From positions 72,458-136,457 of the forward strand of contig NMRA01000003.1 of assembly GCA_002633005.1 (NCBI GenBank): 64,000 nucleotides of DNA, read 5' to 3'. The notes below the pieces were generated by a model that did not search any database, was not told where the DNA came from, and saw only the letters and a program-made list of their open reading frames with translations. This document shows, piece by piece, positions 1 through 12,824 of this stretch. Source of the stretch: Phoronis australis. Taxonomy: Eukaryota; Animalia; Phoronida. The translations under genes were made by a program, and so were the position numbers. Every line of letters starts with the position of its first letter. Position 1 is the first letter of the stretch.

Positions 1-118
1 GGTAATGATTCATCAAAGGACTTAACCCCTTTTACCTGTGACACAAACGTGACATTTTTGACATGATTGCTGAAATCAAGGTCAATTGCACACATTTCCA
101 CTACAGTTGGGTAAATGC

Positions 119-170
119 CCCCAGAGCAGTAACACCACAGCAATAGTCATTCTGGAGTCAAGACCAGAGG
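119..170 (-). pseudogene. Degenerate partial copy of the 3' end of the adjacent ABCG2 exon, inside the intron
   Basis: 121-170 (ccagagcagtaacaccacagcaatagtcattctggagtcaagaccagagg) aligns with 212-261 (ctggagcagtaacatgacagcattagctgtgctggagtccagacctgtag). It translates SGLDSRMTIAVVLLLW versus [16 protein letters not shown]. Confidence 0.6.
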
Positions 171-209
171 CAAAATAATCTTTTTTTCTTTCTGGAATGC
201 GATGCTTAC

Positions 210-3200
210 CTCTGGAGCAGTAACATGACAGCATTAGCTGTGCTGGAGTCCAGACCTGTAGTGGGCTCGTCTAGGAACAACACATGGGGTTGATTGATCA
301 GCTCCATACCAATATTTGTCCTCTTGCGCTCACCTCCGGAGACCCCACGAATAAACTCAGTACCCACCTACAATAACAAGGGAATAGTGTTCCGATAGTT
401 TTTGAAACTTGAATAACCGTGACTATTCTAGTTTAGAGTTGCCAATTTTCACTTTACCTATTCAGATGTCCAAGTATGTGGCTAAGAATAAAGCGGACAT
501 TTAATGATCAAACATATCTGCTGACAATTGGACAACGTCAGGTATTTAGTGGAAGTTGACATTATATTACAAGTAACATCCTGCCAGGTAATAATGATGA
601 CAAAGTTACCAATGTTCTCACTACAATGGACATCACCAGAGCAGACACCGCTGAAGAGGATGTAAATTTAAGGCACTATCAGATGATGTGATTGTAGCGT
701 CACTTAAACTAGGAAACGATGCTAACCATATCTGCCACAGTAGACTATATGTTAGGCTAACAAATCCTCGAGCAAATTCGTGAAATACTCGTGTCATTTT
801 GTGTTATTTTGCTTTCCTTGTATTTAACATTCTAGAAAACTCCTATTTTATGATTGAAGAGAGAACTTCTACCAATGCGTATTCACTTTGCCACTGGGAA
901 AAGCAAAGACCTTCAGAAAAGGGAATTAGATATTTCAAATTAAAACAAAACAGTGGCTGTCTGCTCAAACTGTATTGGTGATTACATCACTTTATGTGGC
1001 ACAAGATTAGGCAGCCTGCTTCCCCATACCCTCATTTTTCTACAAGTACAATTAATGGATTGAGCGAAGAGAACAAGGGTCAGACATTAAAATTGTCAAG
1101 GGACTTTTTTACCAACCTGTACCTTGGATGGCATCTGATTAGGCTATTTTTTAAGCACCAATCAGCGTTTCCGATGACTGAGAATCAGAAACTTATATAC
1201 TTTATGACTGAAATTTCGAAAGAAAACAGCGATAATTTTTGCTAACTCATCGCCATGTTGTTACTGACCAAAGTTTTCTAAAGGGTCACAAGAGGGCGCT
1301 GCAAAGGAATGTAAAGAAAGTTCCCCATAACATCTAGTAGGTGCCTTGGCTGAGCATGCACACTTCAACTAAAACCCATAAATTGCGTCAGCCGAGTATT
1401 CTCGCTCTAATGGTGGCAGCAACAAGAACTTTCCAGGCATAATGATCTGGGTCATGTGACAATTGGTGCCTTTTTACGAGTAATCATTAGATGAGCATTC
1501 GCCCACTATCAGTACGTACCTTTGTGTCTGCACAGTGAATGAGACCCAGCTCTCGTATTATGTTATCAACTCGTTCTTTACGCTCCTTCTGTGACACAGA
1601 GGACGGCAGTCTAAGTGAAGCTGAAAACGTTAAGTTCTCTCGTACTGTCAGCGTCCCCATGACAACATCATCTTGTACCACGTAACCCGCCATACACTTG
1701 AAGTTAGCAGGCTGAGGTCGTCCATTGATTAACACGTCACCTGATACACAGTCTGGATCCTTACGCTGAGCCAAAATATCCAACAAGCTGAAAAAAAGAA
1801 ACAATTTTGGGAGCAACATAGCGAAATTAGCAGAAATCACAATCATTGCCTCTAAGGTGCCTCTCAATTTATAGATATTGGATAACACTGCAAGACATGT
1901 CATCCACAGTTCAGCTGAAATGAATAACACCACAGAAATGTTGACAATGCACCTATTCTCAACAGGAGGGATACCCAAGGGCAAAACACGGGTTTGGCAA
2001 CACACCGTTTGGTCACGGTAAAAATCCAAATCCAAAATGAAAAGGAAAATTAATAATCAAATAAGTACATGCCAAGTAAAGCCTGAAGGGTATACCTATA
2101 CCTATTTGATAAACAAAAGAAAAGCTTATGAAGTAGAGCTATGTGGCCATTGCACCCTATGAGAGTTTATATTTACTTAATGGCAATTTAAGTCCCAAAG
2201 AATGGGGGTACACCATAGTCATTGACCTACTGAGTACCTAATCATCTGTCCCTGAGTTTATATTTCCATACAGTATGTCACTGTAATAGAATACCATGAG
2301 GTGACAATGAAATGACTGGGTTGTAGTTATACCAATGAGATAAATTTAGCTTATTGATATTACTAGGAATGACCCAATACAATAGGTCTAACAGAGTGAG
2401 ATAAGAATTATCCTATTCTTGACAAAAGGCTTTCAGAGGATTTGGAGTGGAGTAAATGAAGAGCATACAAATAGAGGCTGGCATGGACATGAAGTTTTTC
2501 TTTGCTGGTAATGGGAAAATGCTTGGAAGTGATAAAGCACAAATTAAAGGCTACAGCACACAAAACTTGAATATCACAGTGATGCACTGTATCAGGTCTT
2601 AGAATAGCCCTGAGGGCGCATACTAATATCTGTACCATGTCTAATTTTCATACTCTGTCAGACCACCCTACCTTTGTCTTCAGAGAAAATTCATTTCCTT
2701 TAATGGCTTGGAGTTTCTATTACTTACAGCTAAAACTAAACAACCTGCCAATCACTAACTAATTTGGCTCGTAACAACACAGACATCAAAAGTTTTCATT
2801 GTTAGTAATAATTGCTACTTGTTTGGTAGTACCACTTTTTCTCAGTACTACTCGTTAAGGTGCAAAACTCGCAGTTTTAAAACCAGCCAAAAGGAGGTCG
2901 ATTGCGTTGACCATGATGTCAGCAACTGTGTGTCAGCAAAGCTTAAGTCTTCTAGGATCCTTGGCTAAACAAAACAAAAATGGTAATGCCGGATCATAGC
3001 CAGTAGGCCCACACCTTAGAAGTGTGCTAGGGCTACTATTTTGAAATGAACACTGCTGTCGTCTTCAAATAACTAGTCCTAGTCACCTAATATTTACATT
3101 TATGTATTACTAAACAACCCAAATGGTTATGGTTAACATTTGAATAGTCTGTCCCAACTTCTGGCATCTTCCCCTTCACAGACAATTATGCCAGTAGCAA

Positions 3201-4611
3201 GACTGTCAAGTTTTGTGTGAAAGGTCATGATTTAGACCTCTTGCTCATCTCAACTATCTCAGGAATGTGGAGAGGCCTATTAATTACAAAAAACACCAGT
3301 TTAGATAGTGGTTTCCAAATTGAGGCTAATTCTAGATATCGATCTAATTAATCCATTGCTAATCATACTGGTGGTCTTTTGTACACCAACATATCAACTT
3401 GTAGCCTTTATAGGCCAATTATCTATCACAGAACAAGAATGACTAAAAGTAGGAACTACTTTCATCAATGGGTACCAGAGAACTGAAACTTAGAAGATTT
3501 CTATTGGCTAACTTTTATCATGATGATGTGGTAATTACTCTGCTCCAGATAAGCATTCATGATAAACAGGCTTCTTGATGACAGTGGTTCTTGTACCTGG
3601 CGAATTACTGTGAAACTGGCCGTTTTTAATACACACCAGATAGTTGTAACTTGTAGATTGTGAATGCTTTTCTACAGACAGTGTTAACAAATTAAGAAAA
3701 TACCAAAAGCACTATAAAATTTAAAATAATCAAATAAGAAATTTTAATTTATGTGCTTGATAATCTTGTGCCTTTGAAGTAGTGACACACGTCGTACTAA
3801 TACTTACGAAGATTTCCCACTTCCTGTTGGACCAAGTATAGCATTCATTCCCTGCTTAAACAAACCACTGGAACAAAACATAATTATAATCACAACCAAG
3901 ACCAAGAGAGCACATCAGAAAACTATCATGGGACATTTGCACCAGATGCAACCCTACATAGCTCGTCAAAAACTTTTCACTTGTCTATGATAAAATCTGA
4001 CCAATTTAGGACACAATACATGAACGGTGGACAGGTGAATTTTTACTTTCTCACCTTTTCATATATGACATACAGGACAAAAGTGACGCTTTGCCACACT
4101 CACGTTCTGTATCACAGGCACAATTATAAGAGAAAATATTTTGAAAAATTGTGAGCATTCACAAAACATTAAAAGCCTTTGATAAAAGGAAAAGAATAAC
4201 TTTGGAGAGATTTTACCATCATACAACGTAGTGATGGTGAATCAACCCACTGAGGCAATCAATGAACGCCATTCAGTCCACAGTGTCATCATGCGTAATT
4301 TTGAATGCAAATTAGTCATATTCAAGAACAAAACGAAGGATTCCACCCAAAACAGGAACCTTGCTCGTGCCACATCAGTTGACAGATCGATTCAATTAAA
4401 CAGATTCAAATCTGATTGAACGGTGTTACCTGATGTTATTCAATATGACCTTGTCACGTTGAGCACCACATTTTCCACCACATTTTGTCTTCACCGGAAT
4501 GGTATAAGAAATGTTATGGAAGGACACAACAGGACCCTCTTTAGTAGACTTGCTCGCACCATTATCAGTCACAACAGAATTCAATTCAACATCTTCCATT
4601 GCGCTTGTCAT
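210..4611 (-). CDS. ABCG2: ABCG2-like ABC half-transporter, N-terminal nucleotide-binding domain; partial, continues past the left edge
   Basis: Coding exons on the minus strand, all GT-AG with consistent phase: 4430-4611 ([10 protein letters not shown]...[14 protein letters not shown]...VILNNI; acceptor just above 4628), 3808-3867 ([20 protein letters not shown], Walker A), 1520-1787 ([11 protein letters not shown]...[29 protein letters not shown]-loop) and 210-367 ([24 protein letters not shown]...[18 protein letters not shown], signature motif plus Walker B). The start could be ATG 4611 or 4599. Confidence 0.92.
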
Positions 4612-5329
4612 GATTTCAGTGCTCAGCTCTGAAAGAGTGTCAAAAATAGTCACAGCTTTTGAAATTACGGTCAAACTGATGAACCTTCTTCTGCCCTAGT
4701 GACAATAACAAGAGCTAAGCCCATGAGTTAACACTTCTCTGTTTATTTCATCCATAAAGGGATTCAAAGGGAATTTAATTGTCAGGAATTTTAGTCAGTA
4801 TTTAAAATGTAAGCAAACACAGAGCTGCCAGTCTACATTGATTGCATGAACACGACCTACAGTTTAGTTTCCTCCACCAGATATCATATTCCAGGATAAA
4901 ACATAAGCGCAATTCCGGGTATGAAGGTGACGCCTTTCGACCACCATTTATGCGTGATCTTTTAAGGGTGGTCGTCTACTAGATGTGTTTGCCTTCACAC
5001 GATACATTGGTTGTCAGTGAGATTTGCCTTTATGTGAGAAATCACCAATGAAATTGCTCAAGTCACATTCAACAGATACTGCATTAAGAACACAAAATAT
5101 GGAGCACATGGTGTCTTAAAAGATTTTACTCACCAAATTCGGATAACAGTGAAAGGCAAATTCTGGACGTCTGGCAAATTCAGACTCCAAAAACATCTGG
5201 TGCCACGAGATTCATCCAAAAATGAATATGTGTTCTATTGGAATAAATTTTAATGGCCTGAAAATGACAAGATTTCACTGTAACTAGCAGTAGCCAGAGG
5301 TGCTGCTTCAGCTATAAAAAAGGAATCAT

Positions 5330-5900
5330 CTGATGCAGACCGGATGCAAAACGATGCACTTGCTGCTAGCACAATACATGGCGGTCTGTTTTGTAACGAG
5401 AGGGTCATTATTTTAGATTGCATCTGATGAAAATGACACAGATGCTAGGGGCGTGGTTTCATCTAAGTAACAGGACAAATTCATAACTGTCTGTTGTGTA
5501 AGAGACAGAGCCACGATTGATTGCATTAGGTAGAAATTATTCTATTGATAGTATTTGGTGCTGTGTTATCAGAGCAACGAGGTCTATATTAGGCATTACC
5601 ATCTGTTCTGTAACTAGAGAGACGTTATCTAAACTGTGAATGAATCATGCAGATGCTAACATGCAGTTGCTAGGGGTGCAGCATGGACTTAATAATGAGC
5701 AACTATGACGGCTAGTCAGTCTAAACTTGAATGCATAGAGTGTAAATTTAAATGGCTCACAATGGGCGCTGAATCATCTACATAATGGCAAGTGAGATGA
5801 CCACAGTCTAAATTGTGAATACCTCAGATGCAAGTGATAGAAACGCTGCATCAACTTAACGAGCAACTAAGATGGCTAGTGTCTAGCATAGGAATTGCAA
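5330..5900. repeat. Highly degenerate tandem array
   Basis: Recurring blocks such as gagcaacta(t/a)ga(c/t)ggctagt (5697, 5861), tctaaa(c/t)tgtgaat (5627, 5807) and cagatgc(t/a)a. Confidence 0.4.
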
Positions 5901-6170
5901 ACACTGTTGGTGCTGAGGTCATAGGCTACATCCATCGCATGATGACGTATGATATATTTTCATACTTTGCATGTTTGTAAGATGTGAGTCCTCATCCCCC
6001 TTGTCTTGGCCAGTTCAGACGGTTACCGGTTAAAGGAAATACATCGTCTGTGTACGCGTAGGCATACAAATGGCAACGTTCATTTTGAGCTATACATGAT
6101 ACAGTACGTACACGATGAATGATTGAACATACAACAAGCGTACATTCAACTTCTGGCTAGAAGAAGCTAT

Positions 6171-6262
6171 AGGCGTCCTCAGCTTCTGATCGTCCCCAAT
6201 ACACTACATGGTAGTAGTATTATATGTAGTGTATTGGGGACGATCAGAAGCTGAGGACGCCT
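6171..6262. repeat. Perfect inverted repeat (39-bp arms, 14-nt spacer), probable palindromic MITE
   Basis: aggcgtcctcagcttctgatcgtccccaatacactacat (6171-6209) is the exact reverse complement of 6224-6262. Confidence 0.9.
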
Positions 6263-8332
6263 GTCACAGTGGAAGAAGCAAGAAGTACGAAGAATACACT
6301 CCATGACCATGCTAGAAGTAGAAGTTCTAAACTAGCCATGCGAAAAATATTCACTTGAAGAATCTTGACACTTAAATTAAACCATGGATTATTAAGATTC
6401 CCCTAATCTCATTCTTAACCAGACCTAGGACCAATATCTTACTCCCAGTATATTACTCCCAGACCAGACTCACCATTGACCACACAGCTGCAGTGACCAA
6501 AAGGACCTTTCAAGTCACTGAGTGTAGGCCTGCGCACTTATGTAACCCAGAGGCCTGTGAATGATGTAAGCCTGACCCATCATAATAGCAGAAAGCTTTT
6601 CTGACCTACTTTCAGTGTAAGGTCACCACACGATCGTTCAACTGAAATGTGACTCCGGAGTGCAGAACCCAGCCTCCTATGGTAGGGTGAGGAAACCAAA
6701 ATGCCAATTTCATCAGAAACGAAGGAAAATGACTTCAATTGATAAATCCAAATGACCTGCGATTTGCATTATTTTTTTAATTTTTGAAATCCGTTGGACG
6801 GTTCTGGAGTTATTTAAAATTTCAGTTAGACCCTCAAACTTTTTCAGCAAACGTGAAACCTCGAAAATTTCAAGGCAAATGTGCCTGGCATGTTTAAAGA
6901 TCTGCCATGTAATTGAAAAACTTTGGTCCATACGCAGTTGCTCTAAAACAATTCATTGACACGTCCATATACAGGTTTCAACATAAAATAAAATTATAGC
7001 CACGAAATGTTATTTTTCAATATTGCAGTGAAGGAATAATCCAAGTTCACAGTCGACTTTTGAGGCTACTGGTTGCCTCAGTCAAAGAGGATGTAACGAT
7101 GAGCTTAATTAGCAAATATAGGATTTCTTCAGCGTGCGGAAATTGCCATGCATGCAGAGAACTGGTCAGATGATGGCAAAAAAATAACGCAAAATGAGGT
7201 CCACGCTATGATGACAGGACACGGTGGCAAACTCCCAAAGAATTATATCCTCTCTCACTAAGTCTTGATCACCTAAAAATCGTACTTTTGTTTGATTCTT
7301 ATAACAGCAAATCAAAGTATCCCCTGGCCTTAAAAGTGGTAGTCCCAGGAGGTCATCTGGTTGTTTCCTACGCATTTATTTTAAATTCTGTTGCAGGGAA
7401 CACGCCTAAAATCTGAAAAGGTACATTTCTCTGAAATAAGCTGAACTCCAAAGTTTCTGAAGAGCTTTCTCATGAAAACAATTTGGCTATGGAAAAAAGT
7501 TCATTTCACTAACAAAATTCACTGAATGGACTAAACAGAAAGGAAAGGTCAAAATTCCAACTGCTAAACACTCAACTTATGAATAATGAGAACAAAAAAA
7601 TTAATAATTTACAGGCGACATTTAAAAATCTTGCTGTTGAAGAAAAAGAAGAATCCACGGTATATCAAACGTGAACAACTCAGATTATTCAAGCGGAAAA
7701 TTAAGTTCCTCGGTTGTCATATATAGTCAGATTCTTCTGCATTTTCGTCAAACTCAGTGTGCATTACCACAATATTGTAATTTTGTCATAATTGTTCATT
7801 TGTTTGGGTTTCATTTGTTTTGGTCTGCTGGCCGGTCTGCCTGTCATCGCTTACTGAAAAATCGCTCAGACCCTGTGTTGGTGCCAGGAATGACATGGTC
7901 TTGTTATTTCTTAGTTTACTAATATAAGTTGTCTCTTGATTGAATAACTGTTCACTTTGGATTTACTTTTATGTTAGCACAGTCACAAAGCTTTCAGATA
8001 TGTTTCTGTCAACTTGCTTTGTTTTTTTTTTGTCGAGTAACTTCTATGGTCCATCCAGCCTGAGTATCCATGTGATGTCAGTACTACTCTTTTCTGTAGT
8101 AAACATATTGATGTCGTAGACCAAGTAGGTCACCCGTCCAAACTTGGTCTACGACCTTGACACATTGCCCAATCGAAGAAGCATTGCTTGCAAACGACAG
8201 GGTGACCATTTAACATATGTTGCAGAAACAGTGGTAGTTGCTTTCTGCTAAGTCATGGCACAAGTGATTTCGATTCAATAAAGTGTCGCTGAATGAAAGC
8301 GAGGTCTTAACACATTCTATCTATTCCCGTTT

Positions 8333-9901
8333 ACATGACGCAAACACTTGAAGTGTACTGCACAATTGTATTTCTTGTACACTTATCTTGCTGTGCAGTC
8401 CCTAGCTCTGACATGTGTGTTCGGTGTGTATGCACTCACTCTACTAACACTATAAGTTACATTATACACTGCTGTTACTCATCACTCTGATCTCTGATTT
8501 CGAATGATACATTCTGATTGCAGTCACTGTGTAGCTCATTTAGTCAAACTGTTGTTTTGCTTATTTATAAGTTACTTTGTTTTTCTACAGTAAACATTAA
8601 TGACATTTACTCAATGCATCAGTTTAACCAATTTTTACTGCATTGTTTTACAGGGAATATGCATAAAAACAATAGTGTAGGCCCTACTTCCTTTCTAGCC
8701 CAAGTCAGACTTGAATCAAACTTGAGCAAAAGTTGACAGCTTAGCGCATGCACCTCACGAAGAAAACACAATTTCCTTTTTTTGTGTGAGCTACACTATG
8801 ATGGAGAATTTGTTGTATAACGTTCAAGCATTTACACATTAATAAGAAAAAGTAACGTTGTTAACTGTGTGTGGTTGGAAATATTCTTATAACTGCAGCA
8901 ACATTCAGTGAATGAATATACTTATTTAAGAAAGCAAATGTAAATTCAAAAATAATCCGATTATTCATTTGGCCAAAGACTAATGATATTGCCAGTCGAA
9001 AATTGGGTCTACTGGCATGAGCGCTCCCACCCTAAAATTGAGGAGGGTTCGAATTTTTTTGTGTGCGGACCTTTTACTGAGAAAACAAAGCGAGTACTAA
9101 AACAAGTAAAAACGGGGCACATCCAATGATTGTGCTGAAATATATGTGTACATCCTTCCTATTCTACATCGGTTTGTCATGTTCAGTTCTACACCACTAT
9201 AGTTCTAAATAAATGAAATACAACCGTTCTTCTGGATCCATGTAATTATTATTGTTATTTGCAATTAACTCTGCAGAGTGTTAAAGTTTTACAATGTATT
9301 CAGTTTCTGCAACTTTGGTTCAAATTGTGTTTCATCAGTAGATCCCCAATNACATGACGCAAACACTTGAAGTGTACTGCACAATTGTATTTCTTGTACA
9401 CTTATCTTGCTGTGCAGTCCCTAGCTCTGACATGTGTGTTCGGTGTGCATGCACTCACTCTACTAACACTATAAGTTACATTATACACTGCTGTTACTCA
9501 TCACTCTGATCTCTGATTTCGAATGATACATTCTGATTGCAGTCACTGTGTAGCTCATTTAGTCAAACTGTTGTTTTGCTTATTTATAAGTTACTTTGTT
9601 TTTCTACAGTAAACATTAATGACATTTACTCAATGCATCAGTTTAACCAATTTTTACTGCATTGTTTTACAGGGAATATGTATAAAAACAATATATGTGT
9701 ACATCCTTCCTATTCTACATCGGTTTGTCATGTTCAGTTCTACACCACTATAGTTCTAAATAAATGAAATACAACCGTTCTTCTGGATCCATGTAATTAT
9801 TATTGTTGTTTGCAATTAACTCTGCAGAGTGTTAAAGTTTTACAATGTATTCAGTTTCTGCAACTTTGGTTCAAATTGTGTTTCATCAGTAGATCGCCAA
9901 T
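8333..9901. repeat. Direct duplication across an N gap, probably two alleles assembled side by side
   Basis: 9352-9901 matches 8333-8674 plus 9143-9350 with only a few substitutions. There is a single N at 9351. The first copy carries an extra 468 bp (8675-9142). Confidence 0.85.
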
Positions 9902-11362
9902 ATTTCTTGAATAAACAAGTTATGAAGGGACAGAGATTGTTTATTTTAGATAAGCTTAGTTGTTAAAACTACAAGTGGTATTTGATTTTAATGCCATTTC
10001 TTGGACTTTCCTCAGAGTTGGTTTGATCTGTATAGTTTTTGAAATTTTTCCATTGGCTTTGTGCAATGCGTTGTTTAACGTTTGTATAAATAATAATGCA
10101 ATTTTGTGTATATCTTTAACCCTAGTGTTTCGTGTTTTCAATTGTCTCACTGGTTCATCCATATTAACCCCGGGTTCACACCACAGAAAGCTTGGCTATA
10201 AACTGTCTGTTCGGTTATATCCCCAAACTGTTTCTTAAACTAATACAGTTGGTCAAAAGTAGTTCCATCCATTCATTTATGGTTTTGGAGTATGGATCTG
10301 ATGTATCTGTCAGCAATTAACCTGGTTCTTATTGTAGTTAGATATTGTTTATGATAAGGGCCTGAAAATTTTGAGACCAGGCGAGCAATCGTAAAGAATT
10401 GTCAAATGGATTTAGAGGTTGCACTCTACCATGACAAAAGAATAGTTTATAAAATTGTGACACCAGCGTATTTCTAAGCTGTAAGGTCACCTTGGTTAGC
10501 TTCAGTCTCTTTTTTGGGATGCATATAAAGTGTACAGTAAGCTTGTTCAGAGTGTTTCTTTTAATACTTGTACGAGAATGGAGAATTAGTTTACTTCGGT
10601 TAAATTCATTGTAGTGACCATTTTTAGTTTACACATTCAAATGAAAAACTATAAATAATGAATAAACACGATTGCTTATTTACCAGGTTAATAATGTCTA
10701 AGATTCTCTTGACAACAGTTGCCAACTTTATTCAGAATGACAATATTTTATGTCTTGTTCTACTCACAGGTGTTCATTTAAATGGATGACACCAGTGACG
10801 TCTGCTTAACCAAGTTACACAGGGACATATAATTGCGCAACTGAAACAGTGTTCAATATATGATATAGCTGTATAACAATTATTCCAACTCATACGAAAA
10901 TATCATGACGTTCTCGAAAGTGCATGAATGAAACTGAAAAGCTTGTAATACAACACCAAAGCCTGTAATGAAAATTACTACAAGTTTTGTATTCATACAC
11001 CACCTTCACACCAACTTATTATTTTGTAAAATCATAAATATTGGGTGTAGAAAAAAATCGATGTCATCTCATACACTGTTTTTTTGTGTTGTTTTTGTAT
11101 ATTTTAACGAAAAGTCTATAAGTATCTTATTTTATAGAGTGTGCGTGTACAGAATATTAGGCTGGGTGTTAAGTTCCAATGTTTACTATTACTACTATTA
11201 GTGATAACAGGGGGTCAGTAAGTTGACACTTTCTACTAAACAAAACAGCAGTCCAAGAGCTGTACTGCTGTAGCTAGAGACCAGGCGAGTTTTTCTCATG
11301 CCCGGGTATCAGCCTCCACGAGATTGCATGCTCTTGGGACTTCCAAACTATAAATTTGGACT

Positions 11363-11808
11363 TACCGGGAATTTCCGTAGTCCATGGGCGTGTATTTGGA
11401 AAATGAAAATTTTCAGGCGTTTCATCAACACCAAATAAACGCCCGGGCGTTTATTCGTAAAAGGGGGCGTGTAAACGGAAAATCACAGTTTTACTTGACT
11501 TGGCACTCTTTCACTTAAAACTGCGTTTTTATTTTTTTGTTAATAAATGCATAGTTCGCCAACGCCTTGTTCGTTTTTATAAATAATAAATGTTCCACAA
11601 AACTTAATTTGTGACAAAAAGTTTACGCTGAGTAAACTTTTAAGAGGAAAATTTCCAAATAAAGGTCCAACTGTCTAGACACTCGACACCACAATTAAGT
11701 TTTAACACAAATAAACGCCCGTGGGTTTGTATTTGGCATAATTTTCCGAATAAACGCCCATGGGCGTTTCATCGGGTGGGCTTATCTACGGAAACCCCCC
11801 CCCCCGCT
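11363..11808. mobile_element. Degenerate MITE with ccg...ccgtag / ctacgg-type ends and internal taaacgccc repeats
   Basis: The left end ta-ccgggaatttccgtag (11363) partly pairs with ctacggaaacccc (11786). Repeated taaacgccc/gggcgttt motifs occur at about 11436-11452, 11713 and 11751-11769. Confidence 0.45.
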
Positions 11809-12793
11809 AAGGGGCAGAATATACTCTTGGCAATGAATTGAAATTCCGAAGACGAAGAATGGCACGACGAAGAATGGCACGTCAAACCATTTTATCATAT
11901 ATTATGCCTACTCGATCATTTCCGCCGTCTTGCTTAACAAAGACGGAAGACAACCCACCTGTCAGAAAGCCCTTGGGCGCCTAGCTGAGATCGAAATGAA
12001 TGGATAAGAGAATTGGTTATCATATTGTAAGGAGTTGCGAAAGCAAGTTTTAATGCTAGTAAAACACATTGTAGAAATAGCAATCACAGCCATGTTCCGT
12101 AATTTTCACAATTACGGCAATGAATCAACGTGGCTTTTTTCAATTGTTTAATCATTGCCGCGATAATTGAGAGGCCAACGCACGCCACTTCATAACGCTG
12201 TATTTCTCATTTAGCTCAGGCTAAAAACGAAATCGAATTAAACATTTTAATCTAGTGAAGTCGCGGGTCAAAAGTCCGTACCGTAAGTTATAGGATGTCA
12301 TTTCCATTACCAATCAAGTCAAGACCCGTACTTGCGCCACATTTTCGAATGTGCAATTTCAGGGTCGACCAAGCGATTGTCACTTATTGTTCTTGTATGG
12401 TAGCCGGAAACAGAATCCTTTAGCGGTAAGCGATATTACGAAGCCGATTCTATACGAGAAAAACCCTTAACTCGATAGACATTTTTGTCAGTTAAACACG
12501 GCGAAATGCCAAGCCCACGTAAAACTTCAACGGAATTTTGTTATTTTAGATGTATTGGACTAACCAGGTAGTCCTAGCAAAGCCTTAACAAAATATGAAA
12601 ACACGAGTATAATCACCCAAATGTTGGCCCGTCAAAGGATAGCTGAACAGCCTTTTCAAGCCATATTGCGTCACCGCGAGATCTCAGCACAAACGACAAA
12701 ACAGTTGTGAGTCTGAATAGAACCTCATTGTGCGGGTGTTATTCGCAGCTGTTTGAATTGAAAGGTGATTCGCGCGGTGACGTAGACAAAAGC

Positions 12794-12824
12794 CACAGGC
12801 GATCAGAAGCTGAGGACGCCTGTG
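12794..12824. mobile_element. Collapsed remnant of the same element as the 6171-6262 hairpin
   Basis: 12800-12823 cgatcagaagctgaggacgcctgt is identical to 6241-6264. The 31-mer has its own 8-bp inverted ends, cacaggcg...cgcctgtg. Confidence 0.6.

Noticed and set aside
593-654. C/D box snoRNA (ATGATGA...CTGA)
   Set aside because: Antisense to the host gene, no terminal stem, and no recognisable rRNA or snRNA guide sequence.
8518-9767. Twin ORFs MQSLCSSFSQ... as duplicated small genes
   Set aside because: They start at TTG, have no recognisable protein features, and arise from the allelic duplication at the N gap.
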